NCBI GenBank assembly: GCA_031409335.1
Contig: JANNWY010000014.1
Span: forward strand, 1 to 52,288
Reading direction: 5' to 3'
Source of the DNA: Chthoniobacteraceae bacterium
GTDB taxonomy: Bacteria; Verrucomicrobiota; Verrucomicrobiia; Chthoniobacterales; Chthoniobacteraceae
DNA length: 52,288 nucleotides
Shown: positions 18,703 through 29,366 of the stretch, in pieces
Position numbering within the stretch: the first letter of the stretch is position 1
Layout of the letters: each line of letters opens with the position of its first letter
Program-made: the position numbers and the translations under genes
Notes under the pieces: model-generated
What the model was told of the DNA's origin: nothing
Database searches by the model: none
What the model saw: only the letters and a program-made list of their open reading frames with translations

Positions 18703-20862
18703 ATGAAACACACGTCTCTCATTCGCGCACTAAATGGCAAAAAGATGGATGGCAGAACAAAGAAGATCTGCATCTTTCTGTCATCCATCTTTTTGTCGTC
18801 AACTCGGATGGTGGCGCGGCTCCGACTGGCGGGAGCGATGCTTCTACTCCTCATCGGCAGTGCTGTAGCTCAGACGGTGCCGCAGTTTTCCGTGCCGGGG
18901 CAGGAGGTGGAAATGCAGGCGCTCAATGAACTTCATGCGCTGCATGCGAAGACGGCGTTTTCGGACTGCACGCTGTGGGATATCTGGCTGCCACACGCGA
19001 CGCTTTGGACGGGGCAGGCGCCGCGGGAAAAGTATCGCGCTTCATTTTTGCAGCGGCGGATGGATGCGGAGGGTTACGTCTCGATGCAGCAGCATCGTGG
19101 CATGGCGCACAGCGAGGGCTGGCCGTTTCCGGCATGGCAGCAGAGCGGCGGGGCGGGGTTCTTTTTCTCCACGCACGATGAGGTGTATGGGCTGCAATAC
19201 TTCGCGCTGAAGGCACTGGCGAATACGGACGGATGGGAAATCGGCGGCGCGGAAGTGAGCGGCATTGACCCGGTGCGCGGGCTGCAACTGCGAGGCACGG
19301 GGGAGGTTATTCGCATCACCACGCCGCCGTTTCGATGTGGGACGATTGTGGCTCCGTTTCTCCGGCTGGAGTGGGGCGCGAAGGGGTTGCCAGCGGACTC
19401 GCAGCCGAACGTGCAGTGGATGTTTGAAGGCGAGACGGAATGGAAGCCGGAGCGGTCGGTGGCATTTGCGCCGCTGCGCGAGATGGACGGCGCGCAGTTT
19501 GCCAATGTGCCGCTGTATCGGCACGCGGGCTACGGCGGCGTGCTCACGCGCTACCGGCTCACGTTTCCTCGCGCGGCGGGGGCGGTGGTGGATTTGAAAT
19601 CGCTTATCTCAGCAATTGATACGCGCCATCCGATTACCAATCCGCACTTCGTTCGCGGGAGCACGGGATACTTCGCGTGGACGGGGGACGTGGAGTTTCT
19701 GCGGGCAAACATCGAGCGCATGAGAAAGGCGATGCGGTTTGCGTTGAGCGAGTTTTCCGTGCGCGAGCAGAAGCATGTAAAAGTGCCGTGGGTCGGGCAT
19801 GATGGACGCAGTGGATTGATCGTCGGAGCCGATGGAAAGAAGAGTCAGCGGCTCGGCGTGGGCGTGGGCGGGAACTACTGGGACTTGATTTCCTTCGGGG
19901 GCAGCGATGCTCCGGCGACTATCTATCTCTTTGACACGTTGCGTCACTTTGCGGACCTCGAACGCGCCATCGCAAAGCACCCCGAATGGAAAATCCCGGC
20001 GGCGGATGCGGACGATTTGGCGAAGCTCTCGGAGGAAGTGCGGACTGATTTTCAAAAGCGATTCTGGAACGCAGCGACCGGGCGTTTTGTCGGCTGGATT
20101 GATGTGACCGAGCGAGCCTACGACTTCGGATTCACGATGGTGAATACCGACGCCATTCACTACGGCCTCGCCTCGCCGGAGCAGGCGCAAAGCATCCTCG
20201 CGTGGCTGGACGGCAAACGGGAAATCGCCGGCGACACCTCGCACGGAGCGGACATTTACCACTGGCGGTTCGGTGCCCGCTCGACGACGCGCCGCAACAC
20301 GGACACTTACGTGTGGGCGTGGCCGAATGCGGAGACCATCCCGTGGGGTGGCCAAGTGCAGGACGGCGGCGCAGTGCTGGGGTTCAGCTACTTCGACATC
20401 ATGGCTCGGCTAAAAACGAACGGCCCCGAGGACGCATGGAAGCGCCTGCGCGAAGTCCTCGCGTGGTTCCGCGAAGTGCAGGCCGAAGGCGGCTACCGCG
20501 CCTACTATGCCAAGCCCGGACGCGGCACGATGCAAGGCGGCGGCCCGGCGGGCGGCCTCGGGATGGATCAAGAATTCTACGAAAGCGTGCTCGTGCCGCA
20601 GGTGATGCTCTACGGCTTCCTCGGCATCACGCCAGAAGCCACTGGCTTTGCCATCGCCCCACGCCTGCCAAAGGGCTGGCCCTCGCTCACTGTCTCACGA
20701 GTGCGGCTGCACGACCACGAAGTCGAACTCACCGCCGATGCCAGTGGCCGCGTGACCTTGAAGACGCTCGTGACCGGCACCGGCCCCGTTTTGATTCACA
20801 AAGGAACGGCGGAACTAACGCTTAAACCGGAAACGCCCGGCACCATCACCGAACTACCGTGA
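18703..20862 (+). CDS. Secreted six-hairpin glycosidase-like protein
   Basis: Signal peptide; YFAWTGDVEFLR, GGNYWD, FWNAATGRFVG, QVQDGG; C-terminal PRLPKGWPSLTV resembles a GH65/GH78-type tail. Confidence 0.6.
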   Translation: MKHTSLIRALNGKKMDGRTKKICIFLSSIFLSSTRMVARLRLAGAMLLLLIGSAVAQTVPQFSVPGQEVEMQALNELHALHAKTAFSDCTLWDIWLPHATLWTGQAPREKYRASFLQRRMDAEGYVSMQQHRGMAHSEGWPFPAWQQSGGAGFFFSTHDEVYGLQYFALKALANTDGWEIGGAEVSGIDPVRGLQLRGTGEVIRITTPPFRCGTIVAPFLRLEWGAKGLPADSQPNVQWMFEGETEWKPERSVAFAPLREMDGAQFANVPLYRHAGYGGVLTRYRLTFPRAAGAVVDLKSLISAIDTRHPITNPHFVRGSTGYFAWTGDVEFLRANIERMRKAMRFALSEFSVREQKHVKVPWVGHDGRSGLIVGADGKKSQRLGVGVGGNYWDLISFGGSDAPATIYLFDTLRHFADLERAIAKHPEWKIPAADADDLAKLSEEVRTDFQKRFWNAATGRFVGWIDVTERAYDFGFTMVNTDAIHYGLASPEQAQSILAWLDGKREIAGDTSHGADIYHWRFGARSTTRRNTDTYVWAWPNAETIPWGGQVQDGGAVLGFSYFDIMARLKTNGPEDAWKRLREVLAWFREVQAEGGYRAYYAKPGRGTMQGGGPAGGLGMDQEFYESVLVPQVMLYGFLGITPEATGFAIAPRLPKGWPSLTVSRVRLHDHEVELTADASGRVTLKTLVTGTGPVLIHKGTAELTLKPETPGTITELP
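18734..18799. repeat. Palindromic (REP-like) element, copy B, in frame in the gene 5' end
   Basis: ATGGCAAAAAGATGGATGGCAGAA (18734-18757) pairs with TTCTGTCATCCATCTTTTTGTCGT (18776-18799), with only G-T wobbles. Confidence 0.75.
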
Positions 20863-20930
20863 AGAAGGGGCACTCGCTCAATCCTTTCTGCCGCTCCTTT
20901 TGCCTGAAGACAATTTCTAACCCAATAATC

Positions 20931-23900
20931 ATGAACTACAGTCGAATCTGGACTCCGAATCAATACTGGTGGCGGAGCCTCGCACTCGCTTTCGCCCTGA
21001 TCTGCTCTGCTCTCCCCACCACGGTTGCCGCCGCTGCGAGCACCACGGACTTCCCGATTTGGATCGAGTTGGACAAACCCCAATTGGTGACGGTCGTCAT
21101 CGAAGACGCGGCGGGCCAGCGCGTGCGCAATCTGGTCGCGGAAACGCAGCTTCCAGCCGGGCGGAATCGGTTGAGCTGGGATGGATTTGATGACGGCCAG
21201 CGCAATGCCGGCGGCGACCTTATCCGCCAGCGCGTCGCTCCGGGAACCTACCGCGCCCGTGGTCTGAGTCACGACGGCATCAAGATCATTTACGAGTTCA
21301 CCGCTTACAGTGGAGGGAATCCGGCGTGGCCAACAAAGGAGCACACCGGGGGTTGGCTGGCGGACCACTCCATGCCCATGAGCGCGTTGTTTCTTCCCGC
21401 TGGCTCTGGCTCTCCGTATGGCGAGGGCAAGTCACAGGTTTTGTTCTCGGCGCTCGTGGCCGAGGCGGGTGCGCCGTTTGTGTGGGTGAGCACGGATGGC
21501 ACGACTTACCAGCGCAACTCGGTTTTCGGCTGGGATGGTGCCATTGCGCTGGCCCGCGATGCAGGCACCAAAGGTCGCGACGATGTTTATGCTTACGGTA
21601 TCATCGCCGGGGAGAAGTCCATCAAGCTGCGCGCCTTCAAACGCGACGGTCGCGGCCTGGAAATCCTGACCTACTCGCCCACCGTGGCGATGCCGCGTGA
21701 GCCGGGGACCATCGGCCTGTCGCTCGCGGTGTGCGATGGTCTGGCCGTCATCAGCGTTCCCCGCGAAGAGAAGCTGCTGTTTGTGGACACCATCGAAAAA
21801 AAGGTGCTGGGACTCACGGCGATGCCTTCGCCGCGTGGCCTGTTGTTTGATCATCAGGGACGGCTGCTGGTGGTGAGTGCGGGAAAAATCCAGCGCTTCA
21901 CGGTGAGCCGCAAGGATGCCGCTGCCACGCCGGTCTTGGGGGATGCCACCGTCCTTCCCGCGCAGGGTCTGGAAGATCCGCGCACCCTTGCCCTCAGTGC
22001 CGCCGGGGAGGAACTCTATGTGGCTGATTGGGGCCAGAGCCATCAGGTCAAAGTCTTCACGCCCGAGGGCAAGCCGCTTCGCACCATCGGCAAACCGGGC
22101 GGCCCGCAACTGGGTCTCTATGACGAAGGCCGCATGACCCGGCCGCAAGGGTTGGCCCTCGATGACAAAGGACAACTCTGGGTCGCTGAAGCGGATCATC
22201 TGCCCAAACGAATCAGCGTCTGGGCTGCGGCGACGGGCCAACTGGTGGACGCGCGTTATGGGCCGCCTCACTACGGCGGTGGCGGCACGATTGATCCGCT
22301 GGACAAGACGCGTTTCTTCTACGCCACGTTTGAAGGCGTCATGGAGTTCAAGCTCGATTGGGCCAAAGGCACTTCGCGCCTCCACGCGGTGGTTTGTCGG
22401 CAAAGTATCCAAGGCTTCGCCAAAATGCCGGGCGAGAACTGGCTGCCCGAGACGCCGCTGCGCGTGGGCGGGCGAACTTATTTGATCGGCGGCTATCAGG
22501 GCGGCCTGCGCGGCAACACTTACACCGCCACTTTCCTGTTGGATGAAACCACGCGCATCGCCCGGCCGGTCGCCTATGTCGGCAGTGATCGCTGGTGGCC
22601 GAATGTAGCCGCTGATAAATCCATCGTGGCGCTGGCTCCCGGTAAGAAGAACGAGCAATTCCTCGCGTGGTCGGACTTGAACAATGATGGCCAGCCGCAA
22701 CCCGCAGAGTTCACCTACCGCGTGTTCGACGAGACGTTCGTGGACCGAAATGGCGGGACGCGGAAGACCTTTGGCTATCGTGATTTCAACATCAACCCGG
22801 ACCTGTCGCTGCAAGGTTCCTGGGGCATCACCGTGCCTGCACCGCAGATTCGCGCCGACGGCGTGCCCATTTACGACCTCGCCAAAGCGCGCTTCGGACT
22901 CACTCCCACTCAGGAGTTAGCATCGGGTGAAGATGGCCACGATACCCGGCCGCTCCAAGATGGCAGTTCACTCGTCGGCCTGCTCTCCGCTTGGCGCAAA
23001 GACCAGCAGCTCTGGAGCTATCCCGAACGCCGGGGCGGACCGCCGCAGTTTCCCGGCGATGTCGTGGACCCCACCCGCTTGCTCGGCCCCGTCGTCACCG
23101 CCGCAAAAGGCGAGGCCGGACAGTGGTATGCCGTCAATGCGGAGAAGGGAAACATGTTCCTCTTCACCGCCGACGGCCTGTTCATCCAGGAACTCGGTGG
23201 CGACATGCGGGTCACATCGCTCATCCGCTTCCCCGAGGCCAAGCGTGGTCTGGTCATGGAGAACATCAGCTTTGAAGATGAGCATTTCCACCCGACCGTG
23301 ACGCAGACCAAGGACGGCGAAATTTATCTGGTCGCCGGCAAGGAACACTCGTCGATCTTTCGTTTGGATGGATTTGAAGCCATTCGCCGCCGCGACTTCG
23401 GCGAGGTTGTGTTGACCAGTGCGGCCATCGCTGCGCTACCCGAAACCCGCGTGACCAAAGCCCGCCAGCAGGGCCGGGCCACGACCTACGTGAACTTGCT
23501 GCCAGAACGTCCCAAGGTGGACGGCAAACTCGATGACTGGAGCGCGGGCACACGCTGGCAGGAGATCGGCGAAGCCGGACTCGCGGCCGTCACCGTCAGC
23601 GGCGACCGGCTTTACGCCGCCTTCAAAACCAGCGACCCGCGCCTGCTGGACAACGACGCGGTGAATCCCACGTTCATGTTCAAGAACGGCGGCTGTATTG
23701 ACCTCATGATCGGCACCGATGCCAGCGCTGATTCTAAACGCACCTCGCCGGTCCCAGGCGACCTGCGGCTCCTGGTCACGAAGGCCAAAGGCAAACCGGT
23801 CGCCATGCTGTATCGCGCGGTGGTGCCGGGGACGGCAGAGAAGGACCGCGTGCTGTTCGAGTCGCCCATCGGCAAGGTTTGGTTTGATCGCGTGGAGGAC

Positions 23901-24620
23901 ATCAGCGACCAGCTCCAGCTTGCCCAGGACGGCAGCCACGCCGAGTTCTCGGTGCCCCTGTCGGCGCTCAGTTTCTCGCCGAAAGCGGGCGAGAGTTTCC
24001 TGGCTGATTGCGGCATCCTGCGAGGCGACGGTGCCCAGACGATCCAACGTCTCTACTGGAACAGTCTCAATACGAGCATCGTGAGCGACATTCCGAGTGA
24101 AGCCCGGCTTCAGCCCGCCAACTGGGGACTCTGGACCTTCCGCGCCTTCGATTCCAAACTGCGTGAGCCTGATCCGGCGGCAGCCAAAGCGACCACACCC
24201 GGCCTGCGCTATGACCTGTTCAAACCCACGCGGAACTTTGAAGGCCGCGTCCCCGACTTCTCGAAGATGCCGCCGACCTCGAGCGGAATCGTTGATGCCT
24301 TTATCTTCCCAGCCAAAGCCGACAAACAGCCGGGCTTTCGATTCTCCGGTTTCATCACCGTTCCCCAGGACGGGCTATACTCCTTCTACCTGCGGTCGGA
24401 CGCAGAAAGCCGCCTCTACATCGGCGACCGCAAGCTCGTGCAGGGAAACCGCAACGAAGCCATCACCTACGACGGCGACATTCTGCTGAAGGCCGGCCAA
24501 CACGCGATCCGCGTCGAATACGTCAACGACTTCGCCCGCGCCCAACTCCAAGTTTCCTGGCAAGGACCGGGCTTGGAGAAGACGGAGATCAGCAAGAACT
24601 CGCTCTGGCGTGGACCGTGA
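20931..24620 (+). CDS. Large secreted protein: FlgD-type Ig domain, NHL repeats, CBM9/DOMON-like domain, C-terminal PA14
   Basis: VVIEDAAGQRVRNLV..WDGFDD; NHL units LYVADWG..VKVFTPEGK..IGKPGG; PKVDGKLDDW; RFSGFITVPQDGLYSFYLRSD..LKAGQHAIRVEY..WQGPG. An alternative coupled GTG lies at 20859. Confidence 0.75.
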   Translation: MNYSRIWTPNQYWWRSLALAFALICSALPTTVAAAASTTDFPIWIELDKPQLVTVVIEDAAGQRVRNLVAETQLPAGRNRLSWDGFDDGQRNAGGDLIRQRVAPGTYRARGLSHDGIKIIYEFTAYSGGNPAWPTKEHTGGWLADHSMPMSALFLPAGSGSPYGEGKSQVLFSALVAEAGAPFVWVSTDGTTYQRNSVFGWDGAIALARDAGTKGRDDVYAYGIIAGEKSIKLRAFKRDGRGLEILTYSPTVAMPREPGTIGLSLAVCDGLAVISVPREEKLLFVDTIEKKVLGLTAMPSPRGLLFDHQGRLLVVSAGKIQRFTVSRKDAAATPVLGDATVLPAQGLEDPRTLALSAAGEELYVADWGQSHQVKVFTPEGKPLRTIGKPGGPQLGLYDEGRMTRPQGLALDDKGQLWVAEADHLPKRISVWAAATGQLVDARYGPPHYGGGGTIDPLDKTRFFYATFEGVMEFKLDWAKGTSRLHAVVCRQSIQGFAKMPGENWLPETPLRVGGRTYLIGGYQGGLRGNTYTATFLLDETTRIARPVAYVGSDRWWPNVAADKSIVALAPGKKNEQFLAWSDLNNDGQPQPAEFTYRVFDETFVDRNGGTRKTFGYRDFNINPDLSLQGSWGITVPAPQIRADGVPIYDLAKARFGLTPTQELASGEDGHDTRPLQDGSSLVGLLSAWRKDQQLWSYPERRGGPPQFPGDVVDPTRLLGPVVTAAKGEAGQWYAVNAEKGNMFLFTADGLFIQELGGDMRVTSLIRFPEAKRGLVMENISFEDEHFHPTVTQTKDGEIYLVAGKEHSSIFRLDGFEAIRRRDFGEVVLTSAAIAALPETRVTKARQQGRATTYVNLLPERPKVDGKLDDWSAGTRWQEIGEAGLAAVTVSGDRLYAAFKTSDPRLLDNDAVNPTFMFKNGGCIDLMIGTDASADSKRTSPVPGDLRLLVTKAKGKPVAMLYRAVVPGTAEKDRVLFESPIGKVWFDRVEDISDQLQLAQDGSHAEFSVPLSALSFSPKAGESFLADCGILRGDGAQTIQRLYWNSLNTSIVSDIPSEARLQPANWGLWTFRAFDSKLREPDPAAAKATTPGLRYDLFKPTRNFEGRVPDFSKMPPTSSGIVDAFIFPAKADKQPGFRFSGFITVPQDGLYSFYLRSDAESRLYIGDRKLVQGNRNEAITYDGDILLKAGQHAIRVEYVNDFARAQLQVSWQGPGLEKTEISKNSLWRGP

Positions 24621-24668
24621 ACCGATGAAACGAAATTACCCATCAACACCTAAACGAAAAATTCATCC

Positions 24669-26003
24669 ATGAACCCATTCCAAATCACCCGCCGCAGTTT
24701 CTTCAAACGCAGCGCACTCGCCGCCGCCGCCACGGGCGTTCCGGCGTGGTTTCTTGAGCAATCGCTCGATGCGGCCGATTCGCCGATCCCCACGCTGGCC
24801 AATGACAAGCCGAACATCGCGCTCATCGGCTGCGGCGGGCAGGGGCGCTACGATGCAAAACTGGCGACCGCGTTCGCCAGCGTGGTCGCGGTCTGCGATG
24901 TAGATGCCAAGCGCGCCGGGGAAGCGGCGCAGCAATTTGGCGGCGCAAAAGTGTTCAGCGATTTCCGCCGCGTGCTGGAGATGAAAGACCTGCGCGCCAT
25001 CATCAACGGCACGCCGGATCATTGGCACACGCTCATCAACCTCGCAGCCTTGCGCGCGGGCAAGGATGTCTATTCCGAGAAGCCGCTGACGCTGACGATT
25101 GATGAAGGGCGGCGGCTTGTGGCGGCGGTGAAAGCATCGAAGGGCGTGCTGCAAACGGGTAGTCAGCAGCGCAGCGACGCACGCTTTCGCCTCGCGTGCG
25201 AACTCGTGCGCAACGGGCGCATCGGCAAGCTCCGGCACGTCACGGTGATCCTACCCTCGGGCTTGCACGGCGGACCGTTCGCGACCGCGCCGGTGCCGGC
25301 GGAGCTGGATTGGAACACTTGGCAGGGCCAGGTGCGGGAGACGGACTTTGTGCCGGAGCGCGGGCATAAAAAATTCCGCTACTGGCTCGACTACTCGGGT
25401 GGCACGATGACCGATTGGGGCGCGCATCACCACGACATCGCGCTCTGGGGCATGGGCCTCGACCGCAGCGGACCCGTCGCCATCGAGGGGAAGAGACTCA
25501 TCGAGGAAATTCCCGGCGGCTACGACGCGCCCAGCCAGTATCGGATCGAATACACCTATGCCAACGGCGTGACGCAGACAACCGAAAGCACCATGCGCAA
25601 CCGCTTCGATGGCTCGGTCGCGGAGGACCAAAGCAAGGAGTTGCCCGAGCACGGCGTGAAGTTTGCAGGGAGCGACGGTTGGATTTTCGTGACACGGGGG
25701 AAGATTGAGGCCAGCCGAAAAGAGCTGCTCGATGAGCCGCTCACGACTAGGACTGTGGAACTGTATGTCAGCAACGATCACATGGGCAATTTCTTCGACT
25801 GCATCCGCTCGCGGAAGGCGCCGATTTGCGAAGCCGAAATCGGGCATCGCTCCGTGAGTGTCTGCCATCTCGGCGTGGCGGCAATTCGATTGGGGCGCAA
25901 ACTCAACTGGAACCCCGAGCTGGAGCAGTTCGTGGATGACAAGGAAGCCGATAGCTACCTCGCCCGCGAGCAGCGCAAGCCATTTACTTACGACATGCTT
26001 TGA
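24669..26003 (+). CDS. Tat-exported Gfo/Idh/MocA family oxidoreductase
   Basis: TRRSFFK; IALIGCGGQG; TPDHWH; KDVYSEKPL; QTGSQQRS; DWGAHHHD. Confidence 0.92.
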   Translation: MNPFQITRRSFFKRSALAAAATGVPAWFLEQSLDAADSPIPTLANDKPNIALIGCGGQGRYDAKLATAFASVVAVCDVDAKRAGEAAQQFGGAKVFSDFRRVLEMKDLRAIINGTPDHWHTLINLAALRAGKDVYSEKPLTLTIDEGRRLVAAVKASKGVLQTGSQQRSDARFRLACELVRNGRIGKLRHVTVILPSGLHGGPFATAPVPAELDWNTWQGQVRETDFVPERGHKKFRYWLDYSGGTMTDWGAHHHDIALWGMGLDRSGPVAIEGKRLIEEIPGGYDAPSQYRIEYTYANGVTQTTESTMRNRFDGSVAEDQSKELPEHGVKFAGSDGWIFVTRGKIEASRKELLDEPLTTRTVELYVSNDHMGNFFDCIRSRKAPICEAEIGHRSVSVCHLGVAAIRLGRKLNWNPELEQFVDDKEADSYLAREQRKPFTYDML

Positions 26004-26004
26004 G

Positions 26005-26946
26005 ATGAAAAAACGATTGATCCTTACCCTCTTACTACTGGCTTGCGCAGCATTGCCTCACGGAGTCGCCGCGGAAACTCTGCGAGTCTATTTCATCGGC
26101 AACAGCGTCACGGACACGGTGCGCTATGGCGAACTGGCGAAACTGGTGGAAACGCGCGGGGTAAAACTCGACTGGGGCCGCACGATGATCCCCGGAGCGC
26201 CGCTCGAATGGATTTACACGCATCCAGACCAGGGTTTTCAGCATGAGCCTTATGGCACTTGGACGAAGGCGCTCAACGACTTCGCGTGGGATGCTGTTTC
26301 GCTCCAGCCCTTCGACCGGCAACTACACGGCAAGAACAAGGAAGGCCAAGACCTCGGCGACGTGGCGCTGATCCGGGAGTTCGCCGAGATGGCGGCGCGG
26401 AAGAATCCCGACGTGCTGATTTATATCTATGCGCGCTGGCCGCGTGTAACGAGCGGCGGAAAGGGCGCGGATTTCGACAAGAACGATTACGATCCGACCA
26501 AGCCGGGCAGCGGCAATGATTTGTCGAAGGTGGATGACTTTACGGCGCGCTGGGAGGCGAAGTATTCCGGCGGCTGGGATAACTCGAACGAGACGCGCGA
26601 TTACTTCGACACGCTGCTGGGCGAAGTGCGGAAGGCAACTTCGTTCCTGAAAAAGCCGCCGCTGCTGGTGCCCGTGGGCCACGTCATGAACGCGCTGCAC
26701 GCGCAGATGAAGGCGGGCCAGGTGCCGGGCTACACGAGCATCTATCAGTTCTACAAAGACGGCATTCACCTAAACGAAGCAGGCTCGTATCTCGTGGGTT
26801 GCACTTACTTCGCCACGCTGCTGAAACAGTCACCAGTGGGTTTGCCAACGGCTCCGTATGGGAAGATTGATCCGGCATTGGCAGAGACGATTCAGAAAAC
26901 CGTCTGGCAAATCGTGGCCTCGCATCCCGAGACGGGTGAGAAGTGA
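26005..26946 (+). CDS. Secreted SGNH/GDSL-like hydrolase (DUF4886-like)
   Basis: ATG 26005 with signal peptide; FIGNSVT block I; DGIHLN block V. Confidence 0.7.
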   Translation: MKKRLILTLLLLACAALPHGVAAETLRVYFIGNSVTDTVRYGELAKLVETRGVKLDWGRTMIPGAPLEWIYTHPDQGFQHEPYGTWTKALNDFAWDAVSLQPFDRQLHGKNKEGQDLGDVALIREFAEMAARKNPDVLIYIYARWPRVTSGGKGADFDKNDYDPTKPGSGNDLSKVDDFTARWEAKYSGGWDNSNETRDYFDTLLGEVRKATSFLKKPPLLVPVGHVMNALHAQMKAGQVPGYTSIYQFYKDGIHLNEAGSYLVGCTYFATLLKQSPVGLPTAPYGKIDPALAETIQKTVWQIVASHPETGEK

Positions 26947-26985
26947 GCGCGCGGCGGACCCAGCCTCGTCTCATAAAATAAACCG

Positions 26986-29277
26986 ATGTGTTCCCCTTTC
27001 CGTTTTACCCTGACCGCGACAGTGGCGCTGTTAGTCGCCGGCTCAGCGGGGCGGGCCGCTGACGCGCCGGCGAATGTCATCTTCGACACCGACATGGGCG
27101 GGGATTGCGATGATGTGGGGGCGCTGTTTATCTTGCACGGCGCGGTGGAGCGCGGGGAGGCGCGGCTGCTCGCCACGATGGGGGGCATTTCTTCGGAGGC
27201 CATCGCGCCGTGTCTGGACGCCATCAATACTTGGTTCGCGCGCCCGGAGATTCCGGTGGGCACGTTGAAGGACGCGGGCTTTCTCGCTGGTCCCGGATTT
27301 CCTGCGGAGTTGGTGAAACGCTTTCCGCATCGTCTTCCCGCCAGCGCGGACTACCCGGATGCGCTCGCGCTGTATCGTCAGGTTTTGGCGGCGCAGCCGG
27401 ATGGCAGCGTGGTCATCGTAGCCGTCGGGCCGCTGCGGAATCTGGCGAACCTGCTTAAATCCGACGCCGCGCTAGTTGCGAAAAAAATAAAGTGGCTGCA
27501 CGTCATGGGCGGGCACTATCCGCCGGAGTCCAATCGCAAAGACGCGGAGTATAACTTTCAGAAAGACGCGCCAGCGGCGGCGTTGGTGTGCGCGCAGTGG
27601 CCGACGCCGATTCTGTTCAACGGCGAGGGCGGATCGACCAGTTCCGGTCGGCGCGTGACTTATGAAATGCCGGAGCACAATCCGCTGACGATGGCCTACG
27701 CGGCTTATCCGCGCGTGGGTTTCGCGGGCGACCGGCTGAGTTGGGATCCCGTTTCGTGCCTTGTCGCGGTGCGCGGTGCGGCTCCGTGGTATGAGATCGT
27801 GAGCGACGGCAGGAATGTTGTGGACGCAACGACGGGATTGAATACGTGGCAACCCGGCAGTGGGCAGGGCCATTCGTATTTGGTGCTGAAAAAGGGAGCG
27901 AAGGCGGCGGTCGAGACGGCGCTGGAGGACATGATGGTGGCGGGCAAGGGACGCCCCGCGAATCTCACTTTCAACACCGCCTACTATGCTCAGGCCGGCC
28001 TGGCTCAAATCACGGCCAGCGGCGCAGCAAATGCGACGATGGCCGCGAGCAAAGCGTTCGACCGCGACGAGAAAACAGCGTGGCTGGACCAGGCCGCGTC
28101 GAGTTGGATTCAGTGCCAGTATGTTGACGGACGGCAATCGCGCGTGACTTCGTACGCCGTGGTCTGTCGGGAACGGGAACGCCTGCCGCGCACGCTGGAG
28201 CTGTCCGGTTCCAATGACGGCGGGAGCACTTGGACGCGATTGGATTTACAGGAATCTCCCGCCTTCACCGAGCAGGCGATGCGACGCGAGTTTCCCATCG
28301 CCCAGCCAGCGAAGTTCAACCGTTACCAACTACGCGTGACGGCGGCGGATGGAAAAGCGGGCGTGCAAATTTCCACGCTGGAACTCAACGAAGCCATCCA
28401 CTGTCGGCCCGCCGTCGCCGTCGCCAGCCTCGCCCTCGACCAGTCTTCCTTGCGCCTCGCGACCCACAACCGCGCCACGGTCAATGCCACCCTCATGCCA
28501 CTGGATACCTTCGAGCGTGAAGTTACTTGGAGCAGCTCGGACCCAGCCGTGGCGGAGGTGCGGCGCATCGGCGAGCAAGCATCCATCGTCGCCGCGAAGC
28601 AGCCCGGCACCTGCACCATCACCGCGACCATTGGCCAAGTGCGGCAGACCTGCGCGGTGACAGTCACGCCGACCACACTGCCCGCAGGCTGGAGCTATGA
28701 TGAACTCGGCACGCCACCCATTCCTGGCTCCGTGTCGGTGGCGGATGGTCGCTTTACCCTCACCGGCTGCGGTCATGCGATGACCGGCTTTTGGGAGCGA
28801 AGACGCGACCAAGGTGCCTATGTCAGCCAAGCGATCCCGGGCGAGGCCACGCTTTCCGCCCGTCTCATCAGTCTCGCTCCGAGCGTCGGCGGCCCCGCTT
28901 ACCAATGGGACTCCCGGCCATCCACCGCTTCGGGCCTGATGCTGCGCGAATCGCTCACCGAAGGCTGTGGCCGTTACGCGCTCGTGGAGGTCGAAGCCAC
29001 CGGCAAGCTCGTCTTCCGCTGGCGCGACGAGGTCGGGCCGGACGAAAGCCATGCGAAGGAACTCGGCCAAGTAACCTTGCCCACTCATCTGAAACTCACG
29101 CGGACGGAGCGGCAAATCCAAATCTTCACTTCCACTGACGGCCAGCATTGGGGCGAGCCGCTGATGACTCACACCGCCACTTTCGATGGCCAGAACCGCC
29201 TTGGTCTTTTCACCTGCTCCGGCAATACCTTTGCGTCCACGACGGCTGAATTTGAATCCGTCACGGTGAAGCGATGA
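26986..29277 (+). CDS. Secreted nucleoside-hydrolase-family protein fused to F5/8-type, Big_2 and ConA-like domains
   Basis: VIFDTDMGGDCDDVGAL, VGPLRNL, VMGG, SWD; KAFD..TAW..LSGSNDG..W; VTWSSSDPAVAEV; SGLMLRESL..STDGQHW. Confidence 0.75.
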   Translation: MCSPFRFTLTATVALLVAGSAGRAADAPANVIFDTDMGGDCDDVGALFILHGAVERGEARLLATMGGISSEAIAPCLDAINTWFARPEIPVGTLKDAGFLAGPGFPAELVKRFPHRLPASADYPDALALYRQVLAAQPDGSVVIVAVGPLRNLANLLKSDAALVAKKIKWLHVMGGHYPPESNRKDAEYNFQKDAPAAALVCAQWPTPILFNGEGGSTSSGRRVTYEMPEHNPLTMAYAAYPRVGFAGDRLSWDPVSCLVAVRGAAPWYEIVSDGRNVVDATTGLNTWQPGSGQGHSYLVLKKGAKAAVETALEDMMVAGKGRPANLTFNTAYYAQAGLAQITASGAANATMAASKAFDRDEKTAWLDQAASSWIQCQYVDGRQSRVTSYAVVCRERERLPRTLELSGSNDGGSTWTRLDLQESPAFTEQAMRREFPIAQPAKFNRYQLRVTAADGKAGVQISTLELNEAIHCRPAVAVASLALDQSSLRLATHNRATVNATLMPLDTFEREVTWSSSDPAVAEVRRIGEQASIVAAKQPGTCTITATIGQVRQTCAVTVTPTTLPAGWSYDELGTPPIPGSVSVADGRFTLTGCGHAMTGFWERRRDQGAYVSQAIPGEATLSARLISLAPSVGGPAYQWDSRPSTASGLMLRESLTEGCGRYALVEVEATGKLVFRWRDEVGPDESHAKELGQVTLPTHLKLTRTERQIQIFTSTDGQHWGEPLMTHTATFDGQNRLGLFTCSGNTFASTTAEFESVTVKR

Positions 29278-29366
29278 TTCGTTTGGTAAAGCACCACTTC
29301 AACCCAAGCGCGGATTTCGTGGGCCGTCGCATCCGCCAGCGTGCGTCAGCGTCAAAACATCCTTTT

